This document shows positions 43,688 through 52,519 of a stretch of DNA of 64,000 nt, piece by piece (within the stretch, counting starts at the first letter, position 1; the number at the start of each line of letters is the position of its first letter). Location: NCBI GenBank assembly GCA_038207335.1, contig JBBQZX010000004.1, positions 32,001 through 96,000 on the forward strand. Reading direction: 5' to 3'. The position numbers and the translations under genes are program-made. The notes below the pieces were generated by a model. It was not told the DNA's origin, searched no databases, and saw only the letters and a list, made by a program, of their open reading frames with translations. This DNA is from Chthoniobacterales bacterium (GTDB lineage: Bacteria > Verrucomicrobiota > Verrucomicrobiia > Chthoniobacterales > Chthoniobacteraceae).

Positions 43688-45313
43688 TTACTTCTTCGTC
43701 TCGACTAGCACTGTCGCCGCCGCGGGGGCGTGGAATGCGTGGCACGCCTGGCAGTCGCTCTTCACCCCGCCGGTGCGCCTTTGCGCAGCGGCGAGTTCGT
43801 GAGTCTCGGGTGCGAGCACGGCTTTCAGTTTCAGCGTGTCCACGGTCGCATCCACCTTCTCGTGCTCACGCGGGCGGTGGCACTCGGCGCAAATCTTCTG
43901 CGGCGGCATCAGGATGTCGCTCGTCAGTTTGCTCGTCTGCGCCGCGCCGTGGCAGTCGATGCAACTCATATGCTGGTGCGGTACATGCGTGAACGGCCCG
44001 TGCTGAATCCAGCGATCCGTCACTTTTACGGGCGCAATCGAAGGCGCGTTATTCGCGTTGCCGGGCCCGACGGTGTGACACTTCGCGCACTCCGTGAGAA
44101 ATTTTCGCGTTGCACGTTTCGTCAGCAGGTCGCCTTCATCGCCGCTCGGATCGCCGGTGAAAAACACGCGCTGCTCAAGATCATTGATCGTGTTCAAGCC
44201 CCGCTGTTGGAGCTTCTCCAATTCGCGCGTCGTCTGCCGGTCGAGGTCCACCGGATCGCTCACACCATCCGCGCGGAGCGCCTCGGCGAATGACAGCTTC
44301 AAGCTCGCGAGAAAGTACCGCACCTTCTGCGGATCACCGTGCGGAATCAGCACCTTCGGCAGACTAGGTTGAATCTGCAGCGTGTGGCACGGTTGGCAGC
44401 TTTGCTCGTAGGTGACCCGCTGATAAAACGTCCCACCCGCACCCGGCTTGTGACAGTCCGTGCAGGTCATTTTCCGCCCGTTGATCTTCGGCAAATCGCC
44501 TCGCTCGTGTCGCGCATGATTGAATTTCAGGGTGCCCGGATCGCGCAGATTGGGAGTCTCGTATTCAAATGGCGGATGCCCCTCGACATAGCTCGCGAAC
44601 GGCTTAAGCGCGGGCGTCGTCGGAGTGATGTAGTGCAGCAGCCCGTCCCCGAGATCGCGCGATTCGCCGACCGCGGCGATGGGCGGATTGTCCAACTTAA
44701 GCATCTGATGGGTACTCTCGAGCCGTTCGGCGTTGTTATGGCAGGCGGCACACGTCTGGCTCGAGGGGAGGGCCATGCGTTCGTGGCCGACATGCTCGCG
44801 GTGACAGAGCGCACAATTCGTCGCATGAACGACCGACAATTCGCTTCGCACTGTGCGCAGCGCCAACCCGGCGGACTGTGGTTGGTGCAGCCCCATCGCG
44901 CCGTGGCATTTCAGGCACGCCTGATCCATGAGCGAGAGCGACGTGAGCGCGAGCCCCTTTTCCACGATGCCCGCGTCGTTGCTTTTGGGCGTGAAGGCGA
45001 CTGGCTCTACCCCGCCTGCGTTCTCGCCGGATTTGTGCGATTTCAGCAGCGCGAGCACGTCGGGATCGGCACCGATGTGGCAGACGCGGCAGTCATTCGC
45101 GATGCGCGAGTGGTTCTCAGAGATTGGTCCGGTGGTGAGAAAATCCGACTTTCCCCAAAACCGAAAGCTAAGCACACCGACAATGCTAACCACCGCGACG
45201 ACGAGAAAGGCCCAGGCCCGTGCGTTCCGCAGGTAGTGCCCTTTTTTGAAGTAATCGAGATTCCCCTTATACTTCTCGGCGATCTGCTTTTGCGTGAATT
45301 TCTGGCCTGCCAT
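43688..45313 (-). CDS. Membrane-anchored decaheme cytochrome c (c3/c7-like modules)
   Basis: N-terminal TM; 10 CxxCH motifs (CRVCH, CLKCH, CALCH, CAACH, CTDCH, CQPCH, CAKCH, CIDCH, CAECH, CQACH); 'FNHARH' and 'FTHVPH' distal-His motifs. Confidence 0.9.
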   Translation of the reverse strand: MAGQKFTQKQIAEKYKGNLDYFKKGHYLRNARAWAFLVVAVVSIVGVLSFRFWGKSDFLTTGPISENHSRIANDCRVCHIGADPDVLALLKSHKSGENAGGVEPVAFTPKSNDAGIVEKGLALTSLSLMDQACLKCHGAMGLHQPQSAGLALRTVRSELSVVHATNCALCHREHVGHERMALPSSQTCAACHNNAERLESTHQMLKLDNPPIAAVGESRDLGDGLLHYITPTTPALKPFASYVEGHPPFEYETPNLRDPGTLKFNHARHERGDLPKINGRKMTCTDCHKPGAGGTFYQRVTYEQSCQPCHTLQIQPSLPKVLIPHGDPQKVRYFLASLKLSFAEALRADGVSDPVDLDRQTTRELEKLQQRGLNTINDLEQRVFFTGDPSGDEGDLLTKRATRKFLTECAKCHTVGPGNANNAPSIAPVKVTDRWIQHGPFTHVPHQHMSCIDCHGAAQTSKLTSDILMPPQKICAECHRPREHEKVDATVDTLKLKAVLAPETHELAAAQRRTGGVKSDCQACHAFHAPAAATVLVETKK

Positions 45314-45325
45314 GTCGCTTGAAAA

Positions 45326-46315
45326 TTACGGCTGCGGGAGGATGACGAGGTATCGGACAGCCACCCAAGCGTGCCATGCGGTGAAGATCAGTAGTGCGAA
45401 TGACGTGGGCACATGGACGATGAGCCACCCGTGAAGCCAGTGGTGAAACTTCAGCTGCAAGTCGAGAAGACGCCGGTCATCGCACCATTTTTGCATCTCG
45501 GAAATCTTCGGCTCCCATTCGTCCGCAATGTTCAGTTTGAGCAGGCGAAACATGTCGCCAGCTGTCCGCGCATCGCCGAGACGATGCCGGTCGCCGCGCT
45601 TCGCGTAGAGATACGGGAGGCATTCGTCGTCGAGAAATTCGCCGAAGATTTGCAACGAGGGATCTTCGACCGCCACCGCAGGAATGGCTTCGGTGCTTGA
45701 TCCCGGGACGGTTTTTTCCGCCGCGACCGCGGCTGGCTCGGGCTTTTCTCTCGCCGCCTTTTCGAGGTCGGTGATTTCTTTCCTCAGCTTCAGTGAAGCC
45801 TCGAAGAGAAGCCCACGGATGTGCGGCACCTGCTCAAAAACGACCTCACGCGGGAGCCGTTCTTTCATCAGCCGCGGCATGAACTGCTGCAGCGCGAGGC
45901 CAAAAAAACCGCTAACCATGACGATGCCGTAGAGCACGAGCAGCCATGAAGTGTGTGGCCCGCCGGTGCGGAAGCCACAGTGAAACAGCACGAGAGGCAC
46001 CGTAAAAAGCGTGAGCCAGATGTGCGCTCTGAGCCAAAACTGCACGCTTCCGATGCGCCAGAGCCGCTTCTTTTTCCGAATGCCGAGTGCTGAGGCGAAG
46101 AGAAAAATCAGAAACGCGATGCTGCCAAAAACGAGGCCGAGCGGCGTGCCGCCGAATGTATTTCGAAGTGGTGGGACCTCACCGAAAAATGCGGGAAGCG
46201 TGAGGTCGAACGGTAGGCGCTGCGGGAAGAAATTCGCGATGTAAAGCACCGCCGAGCCAATCGTGGCCAGAACGACAAAGATGAGCCAGGGGGTATGGGA
46301 GCGGTCGATTCTCAT
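45326..46315 (-). CDS. Integral membrane protein with intramembrane His pairs (cytochrome b / ferric-reductase-like)
   Basis: About 5 TM helices; 'WLRAHIWL...VLFH' and 'WLIVHVPTS...AWH' give two His pairs spaced 13 residues apart. Confidence 0.7.
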   Translation of the reverse strand: MRIDRSHTPWLIFVVLATIGSAVLYIANFFPQRLPFDLTLPAFFGEVPPLRNTFGGTPLGLVFGSIAFLIFLFASALGIRKKKRLWRIGSVQFWLRAHIWLTLFTVPLVLFHCGFRTGGPHTSWLLVLYGIVMVSGFFGLALQQFMPRLMKERLPREVVFEQVPHIRGLLFEASLKLRKEITDLEKAAREKPEPAAVAAEKTVPGSSTEAIPAVAVEDPSLQIFGEFLDDECLPYLYAKRGDRHRLGDARTAGDMFRLLKLNIADEWEPKISEMQKWCDDRRLLDLQLKFHHWLHGWLIVHVPTSFALLIFTAWHAWVAVRYLVILPQP

Positions 46316-46328
46316 GCGGCAAAAATAC

Positions 46329-48368
46329 TCAGTGGGTCGTGCGATCCACCGGTTTGTCCAGCCAGCGCACGCGGCGTTTTCCGAGCGCGGCACGTCCGAT
46401 TTGGCGCGCGAGAAATTCGGTGGGATCGACGCGCTTCGCCGCGTCGTGCGGGCACGCATACACGCAACTCGGCACGCTCAATTCCGTGCACAGATCGCAG
46501 GTCGTGGCTTTCTGCACCGACACGAGTTTGCGCTCCATTTTCTTCGGCGCAGCAGGCGCGGCGGGCGGCTTGGCAGCAGCGGGCGCAGCGGGTTTAGCGG
46601 CTGGTGGCTTGGCTTCGGCAACTGCGGTGGCGGGCGCGGCTTTCGGGTCGCCGACAGAAACGGCAGGCTCAGCCGCAACCGGGGCCGCAGGCACCGCAGT
46701 CTCGGATTTTTTCTCTGGCTCCACGACAGCGGCAGGTGCGGGCGATGGAACGGGCGCGCTCTTTTCCACTGGAGCCGAAGCCGCGGGAATTGGCTTGTCT
46801 GCTGGCTTCGCGGTCGGTTTCGCAGCTGCGGGCTTTGCGGCCGCTGCGGGCTTTTTCTCGACCACAGGCACATCCTTCATCATCTCGAAAGCGTGCATGT
46901 TGATGTTCCCGTACGGACACAACTCCGCGCATTTGCTGCAGCCGATGCACCAGTCTTCAATGATGATTTCGAGGCTCTCCTTTCGCCGGATCGAGCCGAC
47001 AGGGCATTGCGTCATGCAGAGCGGGTCGCGGCACGAGCGGCACGCAGTCGCGACGAGGAAGCGGTCGTAGCGCAGCCCGTCGCGCAGGAGGCGCGTGACG
47101 CCATCGTGCGCGTCGGCGCAGGCGTTCACGCACGCGTCGCAGCGGGTGCAGTTATCGAGGTCGATGAGCAGGAGATTTTGCGCCTCGAAAAGCCCCTGGT
47201 CGATGAACTCGTCGAGTTGCAAAGCCATCGGCATTTTTCCCGCCTGGTCCGCCTTGACGCGCGCCGATGCAATCTGCTCCAGCGTCGCACGCACGATCGG
47301 AAATTTGTCGAGCATGGTCTGGAAATCATCGCGCCCGATTTTCACGAGATCGACGACGTCGAGCGCCGAGCAGGTCGCGTTTCGCGGGCTGTCATTCAGC
47401 AGCCCGATTTCGCCGAAAAATTCGCCACGTTTGAGATAGGTGCGGACGAGTTCGTCCTCGACGGCATTGCCATCGGGCGTGAGCCAGAACTCTTTTCCGT
47501 TCGCCTTGTCTGTGAGGTAGGTGCGCTGCACGCCCGGAACGAGTGGCATTTTCTGCGAGACGCGCACGAGACCGGTGCGGATGAGATAAAACGCATCGGC
47601 GGGCGCGCCCTGTCGGCAGATGACCTGCCCTTTTCCAAATGAAACGAGTTCCGCCTTGTCCTTGATGTAATTGAAAAACTGCAAGTCGAGCGTTGCGAAA
47701 ATCGGGACGCTCCGAAGATGGCTCACGAGCGAACGCTCGCGATAAGTGTCGTCGATCTGCTTTTTGAACGAGGTGCCTTTGAAAGTCGGCGCCTTCACTT
47801 TCGTCGTCGCCTTCGTCTTCGGATCCACGTCCCGCGTGCCGATCAGCATGTCGAGGATCACGCGCAGCATCTCGACGATCACGCAGTCCTCGGTGGCGCG
47901 CACCGTGGCGGAGCGCGGCTGGAAAGTGCGGCACGTCATTTCACCCAAAAGCTCGCCCGGCCCGAGCAAAGCGATGGGCGTAGTGCGCGGCAGGTCGATC
48001 GACGCATCGATCGGGATGAAACCACGCGCCGCGACATCCGCAGCTTCCAACTGCGTCGTGACGAGTGAACTCGTCATGCGACTCATGAAGGAAAAAAGCC
48101 CCCCAAGTTTCGGCTTAGTCGAGAGATGAGCGAGCGGGTTGTTGATGTAAATTTCGACCTGTCCCTCGACCAAATAAAACGCGGTCGATCCGAAATCACC
48201 CTCTTCGCAGATGATGTCGCCGTATTTGAAAGTGCGTTTCACGGCAGCTCCGAGCGCATACTGTTTGAGGAGTGTCGCAGGCACCTCCTTCAGCGCCGGG
48301 AGCAGCTTTAGCATCTCCTCCACGCTCAGTGGCTCGCCGGTCGTGAGCTTTTCGGGAATTTCGTCCAT
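46329..48368 (-). CDS. Tandem cNMP-binding domains fused to a 4x[4Fe-4S] ferredoxin (DmsB/NrfC-like)
   Basis: cNMP motifs 'GELLGEM...PRSATV' and 'GEFFGEIGL...PRNATC'; Cys motifs CTRCDACVNAC, CRSCRDPLCMTQCP, CIGCSKCAELCP and CDLC..PSCVYACP. Confidence 0.9.
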   Translation of the reverse strand: MDEIPEKLTTGEPLSVEEMLKLLPALKEVPATLLKQYALGAAVKRTFKYGDIICEEGDFGSTAFYLVEGQVEIYINNPLAHLSTKPKLGGLFSFMSRMTSSLVTTQLEAADVAARGFIPIDASIDLPRTTPIALLGPGELLGEMTCRTFQPRSATVRATEDCVIVEMLRVILDMLIGTRDVDPKTKATTKVKAPTFKGTSFKKQIDDTYRERSLVSHLRSVPIFATLDLQFFNYIKDKAELVSFGKGQVICRQGAPADAFYLIRTGLVRVSQKMPLVPGVQRTYLTDKANGKEFWLTPDGNAVEDELVRTYLKRGEFFGEIGLLNDSPRNATCSALDVVDLVKIGRDDFQTMLDKFPIVRATLEQIASARVKADQAGKMPMALQLDEFIDQGLFEAQNLLLIDLDNCTRCDACVNACADAHDGVTRLLRDGLRYDRFLVATACRSCRDPLCMTQCPVGSIRRKESLEIIIEDWCIGCSKCAELCPYGNINMHAFEMMKDVPVVEKKPAAAAKPAAAKPTAKPADKPIPAASAPVEKSAPVPSPAPAAVVEPEKKSETAVPAAPVAAEPAVSVGDPKAAPATAVAEAKPPAAKPAAPAAAKPPAAPAAPKKMERKLVSVQKATTCDLCTELSVPSCVYACPHDAAKRVDPTEFLARQIGRAALGKRRVRWLDKPVDRTTH

Positions 48369-48512
48369 GAGCTTTTTCGGAGCGAAAGCATTAGCTGCTC
48401 AGCGGCCCGCACGCCAAGAGCGAAAGCACCCCGGATTGCATCTTGCCCATTTTCTTAAAGGGCCTGTTTTCCGCAATCGACTTTTGTCCCGGCATTCGCT
48501 ACATCGCGCTCT

Positions 48513-49643
48513 GTGGCACACCCGAAATACTCTTGGATACTCATCGCAGCCTCGGCAGTCGGAACGCTGCTCACCACCACGCGCGCGGCGGACGACGCAA
48601 AAATCGCCAATCTTAAATTCGTCGGCGCGCAATCGTGCGCCTCCACGAGTTGCCACGGCGGTGGCATCGGAAAAGATCAGGCTGTCATTTATTATAAGAA
48701 GGATCAGCACGCACTCGCTTACGGGCTCGTCGCGAAAGGCACATCGATGCGCATGGCGGAGTCGCTCGGCATCACCGATCCAGTCAAAAGCGCACGCTGC
48801 AACGTCTGTCACTCGCCAATGCAGGGCGTACCGGAAAATCGTTTGGTAAAAGATTTGCACGCAGACAAAGGCGTGAGCTGCGAAGCGTGCCACGGCGCGG
48901 CGGATCTCTGGCTCCGTTTCCACACGCGACCCGACGTGACCTACCAGCAGACGGTCGCCGCCGGAATGCGCGACCTGAACGACCTCACCGTCCGCGCAAG
49001 CACCTGCGTCGCGTGCCACCTCAATATCGACGAAGACATCCGCAAATCCGGACATCCCGAACTTCATTTCGAACTCGACGGACAGACCATCGCCCAGCCG
49101 CCCCACTACCGTGACGAGCGGCCGTCGATTGGCCTTCGCTCATGGCTCACAGGCCAGGCGACCGCTCTCCGCGAGATCAGTTGGAAGCTCGCAAGCAAAC
49201 CCGAACCCGAACTTGAAGCACGCTGGAAAGGGCTCGTCTGGCTGCTGGAAAAAACCGCCGCAGGAAAGAACGCACTGCCTGAGAGCGGTGGATTCGCCGC
49301 GATGCAATCCGCCGCCGACCAGCTCGCCCATACTGCCGCGAAAGCCTTGTGGACGAAGGAATCCACGACCAAGCAACTCCGTGACTACATCTCTTCCAGT
49401 CCTGAGTTTACCGACGCGAAGGCGGATAAAATCGAGATGAGGCGCCGGGCTGAAGTGCTAATCCCATCGATCGAGCGGCTCTGGATCGCGCTGAAGAAGG
49501 AAGGTGGCGTGGACCCGGTCACATTCGAGCCCGCTCTCACCGTCGCCAGCGATCTTGCGCGCGAGCAGGCGGACTTTGATCCGGTGAAATTTGGCCGCGC
49601 GCTCGAACAGATCGAGGTGGCATTCGAGCGGATGCAGAAGTAA
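48513..49643 (+). CDS. Secreted tetraheme cytochrome c (c554-like) with helical C-terminal domain
   Basis: Signal peptide; CASTSCH (CX4CH), CNVCH, 'GVSCEACHG', CVACH. Confidence 0.85.
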   Translation: MAHPKYSWILIAASAVGTLLTTTRAADDAKIANLKFVGAQSCASTSCHGGGIGKDQAVIYYKKDQHALAYGLVAKGTSMRMAESLGITDPVKSARCNVCHSPMQGVPENRLVKDLHADKGVSCEACHGAADLWLRFHTRPDVTYQQTVAAGMRDLNDLTVRASTCVACHLNIDEDIRKSGHPELHFELDGQTIAQPPHYRDERPSIGLRSWLTGQATALREISWKLASKPEPELEARWKGLVWLLEKTAAGKNALPESGGFAAMQSAADQLAHTAAKALWTKESTTKQLRDYISSSPEFTDAKADKIEMRRRAEVLIPSIERLWIALKKEGGVDPVTFEPALTVASDLAREQADFDPVKFGRALEQIEVAFERMQK

Positions 49644-49655
49644 AGCGGCGCGGCG

Positions 49656-50606
49656 TTGCGTCTCGCCTCGAACGCGGGCAACTTTCGCCCCGTTTTGCAA
49701 ACCGAGCCCGCGCCCCAGCTCTTCGATTCAGCGTTTCTCGCGAAGCTCGAGCAGCTCTACCTCGTCTCGAAAAAGCTCTTTCGCGGCGACCATCGCGCGG
49801 AGCGAAAATCGCGGCAACTCGGCTCCAGCCTCGAATTCGCCGACTACCGAAACTACACCGCCGGCGACGACCTCCGCAGCATCGACTGGAATATCTACGG
49901 CCGCCTCGACCGTCTGTTCATCAAGCTCTTCGAGCAGGAGCAGGACCTCCACATTTACTTCCTCATCGACGCCTCCGCCTCGATGCGCTGGGCCTCCCCC
50001 GACCCCCGGCTATCGACCAAACTCGACGCCGCGCTCCGCATCTGCGCTTCGCTCGCCTACATCGGCCTCGCGAATCTCGACCGCGTGAACATCCACTGGT
50101 TCGCCTCAGCACTGCACGGTGACCTCGGCCTCTCGCGTGGAAAATCGCAGTTTCACAAAGTTCTCGAATTCCTCCGGCGCGCGCCCGAGCTGCCCGGCGA
50201 AACCAGCCTCCTCGCGAGCATCCGCGGCTTCGTGCATCGCACAAAACGTCGTGGCCTCGTCTTCCTCCTGAGCGATCTTTTCGACCCGGCCGGCCACGAG
50301 GAAGCACTCGCGTTCCTGCGCCACAGCCAGTTTGAAGTCCACGTCATCCAAATCCTCGACCCCGCGGAAATTCGCCCGACCGCCAGCGGCGACCTGCGCC
50401 TCATCGAAAGTGAAACCGGCGCGGCATTCGAAGTCACCGCGACCGACGCGCTCCTGCGCCGATATCACGCGGAAATCGACGCTTTCCTCGACGGCATCGC
50501 CGCCTTTTGCCTCCGCCGCGGCATCAATTACGCCCGCGCCTCCAGCGCCGTGAATTTCGAGGAACTCGTGCTGCGCGTGCTGCGAGACGGGAGGCTTGTG
50601 GGATGA
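49656..50606 (+). CDS. DUF58 domain protein (MoxR-associated)
   Basis: 'GSSLEFADYRNYTAGDDLRSIDWN', 'LIDASASM', 'LLSDL'. Start uncertain (49656 or 49695). Confidence 0.92.
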   Translation: MRLASNAGNFRPVLQTEPAPQLFDSAFLAKLEQLYLVSKKLFRGDHRAERKSRQLGSSLEFADYRNYTAGDDLRSIDWNIYGRLDRLFIKLFEQEQDLHIYFLIDASASMRWASPDPRLSTKLDAALRICASLAYIGLANLDRVNIHWFASALHGDLGLSRGKSQFHKVLEFLRRAPELPGETSLLASIRGFVHRTKRRGLVFLLSDLFDPAGHEEALAFLRHSQFEVHVIQILDPAEIRPTASGDLRLIESETGAAFEVTATDALLRRYHAEIDAFLDGIAAFCLRRGINYARASSAVNFEELVLRVLRDGRLVG

Positions 50607-50613
50607 AACGAAG

Positions 50614-52482
50614 ATGACATTTCTTGCTCCTTGGGCCGCATGGTTCGCCGCCGGCCTGCCCGTCATCGTCCTGCTCTATTTGCTGAAGCTAAAGCGGCGT
50701 CCGCTCACCGTTTCCACGCTCGTGTTCTGGCAGCGCGTGTTGCAGGAAAGTCGCCGCCGCGCGCTTTTCCAGCGGCTCCGAAATCTTCTGTCGCTGCTCC
50801 TGCATCTGCTCATTTTCCTGCTCATCCTCTGCGCTCTCGCCAAGCCGACATTCGACCATTTCGTGGCGACCGGTTCGAGCACCGTGATCGTCCTCGACAC
50901 CCGCGCGCGGATGCAGGCGCTCGACCCGGACGGCGTCTCTCGTTTCGAAAAAGCGCGCCTGCTTGCCGCGCGATATTTGCGCGATGCCAGCACCAGCCAC
51001 CAGCTCGCGATCCTGACTACTGGCTCATCTCCAGCCGTCTCCTCCCCTTTCACCGGCGACGAAAAAGCGCTACGTGAATCGCTCACCCGGGTTTCTGTCA
51101 GCGACCTTGCCGGAGAAATCGAACCCGCGATCCACCTCGCCGAGCAGCTCCTCGCATCGCGAAATGGCGAAGCCCAAATCGTCGTCATCAGCCCCTCGGG
51201 ATGCAAAATTCAAAATTCAAAATTCAAAATTCTCCCCGTCTCCGTGGGCTCTCCGCGCGACAACGTCGCGATCACGCGCTTCGCCACTCGACCGCTGCTG
51301 AGCGACCCGGAGACTAGCGAGGTACTGCTTGAAATTCGCAACTTCGGCACGAGCGCGTCGCGCGGAAATGTCGAACTCGCGCTCGACGGAAAACTGCTCG
51401 ACGTGAAGCCCTTCGACCTCGAGCCCGGCGGGCGCAGCTTCGAGACATTTTCCGCACTTCCCCGCTCCGCTCGCAACGCCCGCGGCTGGCTCACCGCGCG
51501 CCTTCCGACTCCCGACGCGCTCGCGCTCGACAACGTCGCATACGCCGTCCTGTCAGCACCGCAGCAGCATCGCGTGCTGCTAGTCACGCGCGGAAATTTC
51601 TTCCTTGAGAAGCTCCTCGCCGCCGACCGCCAAATCTCGTTCGAGTTGCTCGAGCCCGACGCATTTCAGCTCCCGATGGCGGCGAAATTCGACGCCGTGA
51701 TCCTCGATGACGCGCTCCCCCCGGGCTTTGACCTCGCGCAGACCGAGGGCAATTTTCTGTTCCTAAAAACGTCGCCTTTCACCACGCCCGGAGAGCCAAT
51801 CCAGCAGCCGCTCGTGAGCGACATCGACGCCGCAAATCCGGTGCTGCGCCTCGTGACGCTGCAAAACGTCACGATCGTCCGAGCCGCGCCCATGCAGCTT
51901 CCCGGCGCGATGCCCGGGTGGAAATTCAGCGCGCCGCTACGGTCATTCGAGCATCCACTGATGGCCACCGGCAGCGAACTCACTGGCTCTCATCGCACCG
52001 CCGCGCTCGCATTCGACCTCGCCGATTCCGACCTCCCGCTGCGCATCGCGTTCCCGCTGCTGATTACGAATACCGTGCATTGGCTCGCGGGAGCGGAAAG
52101 GGCCACGCCAATTAGTTTGCAGACGGGCGACGTGGTGCCGCTGGCACAGAATCAGACGGTCTGGATAGAGCCACAAACCGAGCCCACCGCGCCCGCAAAA
52201 CCAGACGCAAAGCAACTCGCACGGCAATTCTTCGAACCAACGCGCGATGGCTTCTATCGGCTAGACCAACCCGGCGGCTCAAGCTGGATCGCGGTCAACA
52301 CCTTCAGCGAAGGAGAGTCCGACCTGAGCGCCGCGTCGCCCGCATCGCTTAACGCCGCACCCGTTTCCCGCCAGTCGCTCGCGAATCTCGCCACGCGTCC
52401 GCTCTGGCAATACCTCGCCCTCGCCGCCCTCGCGCTGACGACGCTGGAGTGGTGGCTCTTCCACCGGAGGCGCACGGAATGA
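50614..52482 (+). CDS. BatA N-terminal + vWA domain membrane protein
   Basis: 'MTFLAP...PVIVLLYLLK', 'LLLHLLIFLLILCALAKP', 'IVLDTRARM', 'NVAI', C-terminal 'LEWWLFHRR'. Confidence 0.85.
   Translation: MTFLAPWAAWFAAGLPVIVLLYLLKLKRRPLTVSTLVFWQRVLQESRRRALFQRLRNLLSLLLHLLIFLLILCALAKPTFDHFVATGSSTVIVLDTRARMQALDPDGVSRFEKARLLAARYLRDASTSHQLAILTTGSSPAVSSPFTGDEKALRESLTRVSVSDLAGEIEPAIHLAEQLLASRNGEAQIVVISPSGCKIQNSKFKILPVSVGSPRDNVAITRFATRPLLSDPETSEVLLEIRNFGTSASRGNVELALDGKLLDVKPFDLEPGGRSFETFSALPRSARNARGWLTARLPTPDALALDNVAYAVLSAPQQHRVLLVTRGNFFLEKLLAADRQISFELLEPDAFQLPMAAKFDAVILDDALPPGFDLAQTEGNFLFLKTSPFTTPGEPIQQPLVSDIDAANPVLRLVTLQNVTIVRAAPMQLPGAMPGWKFSAPLRSFEHPLMATGSELTGSHRTAALAFDLADSDLPLRIAFPLLITNTVHWLAGAERATPISLQTGDVVPLAQNQTVWIEPQTEPTAPAKPDAKQLARQFFEPTRDGFYRLDQPGGSSWIAVNTFSEGESDLSAASPASLNAAPVSRQSLANLATRPLWQYLALAALALTTLEWWLFHRRRTE
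51204..51232 (+). repeat. Intragenic heptamer tandem repeat (CAAAATT)x4
   Basis: Exact CAAAATT at 51204, 51211, 51218 and 51225, encoding KIQNSKFKI within a GC-rich gene. Confidence 0.9.
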
Positions 52483-52519
52483 ACGCGCTCCACTTAATAA
52501 ACAGACTCGTGCGCCTCCC

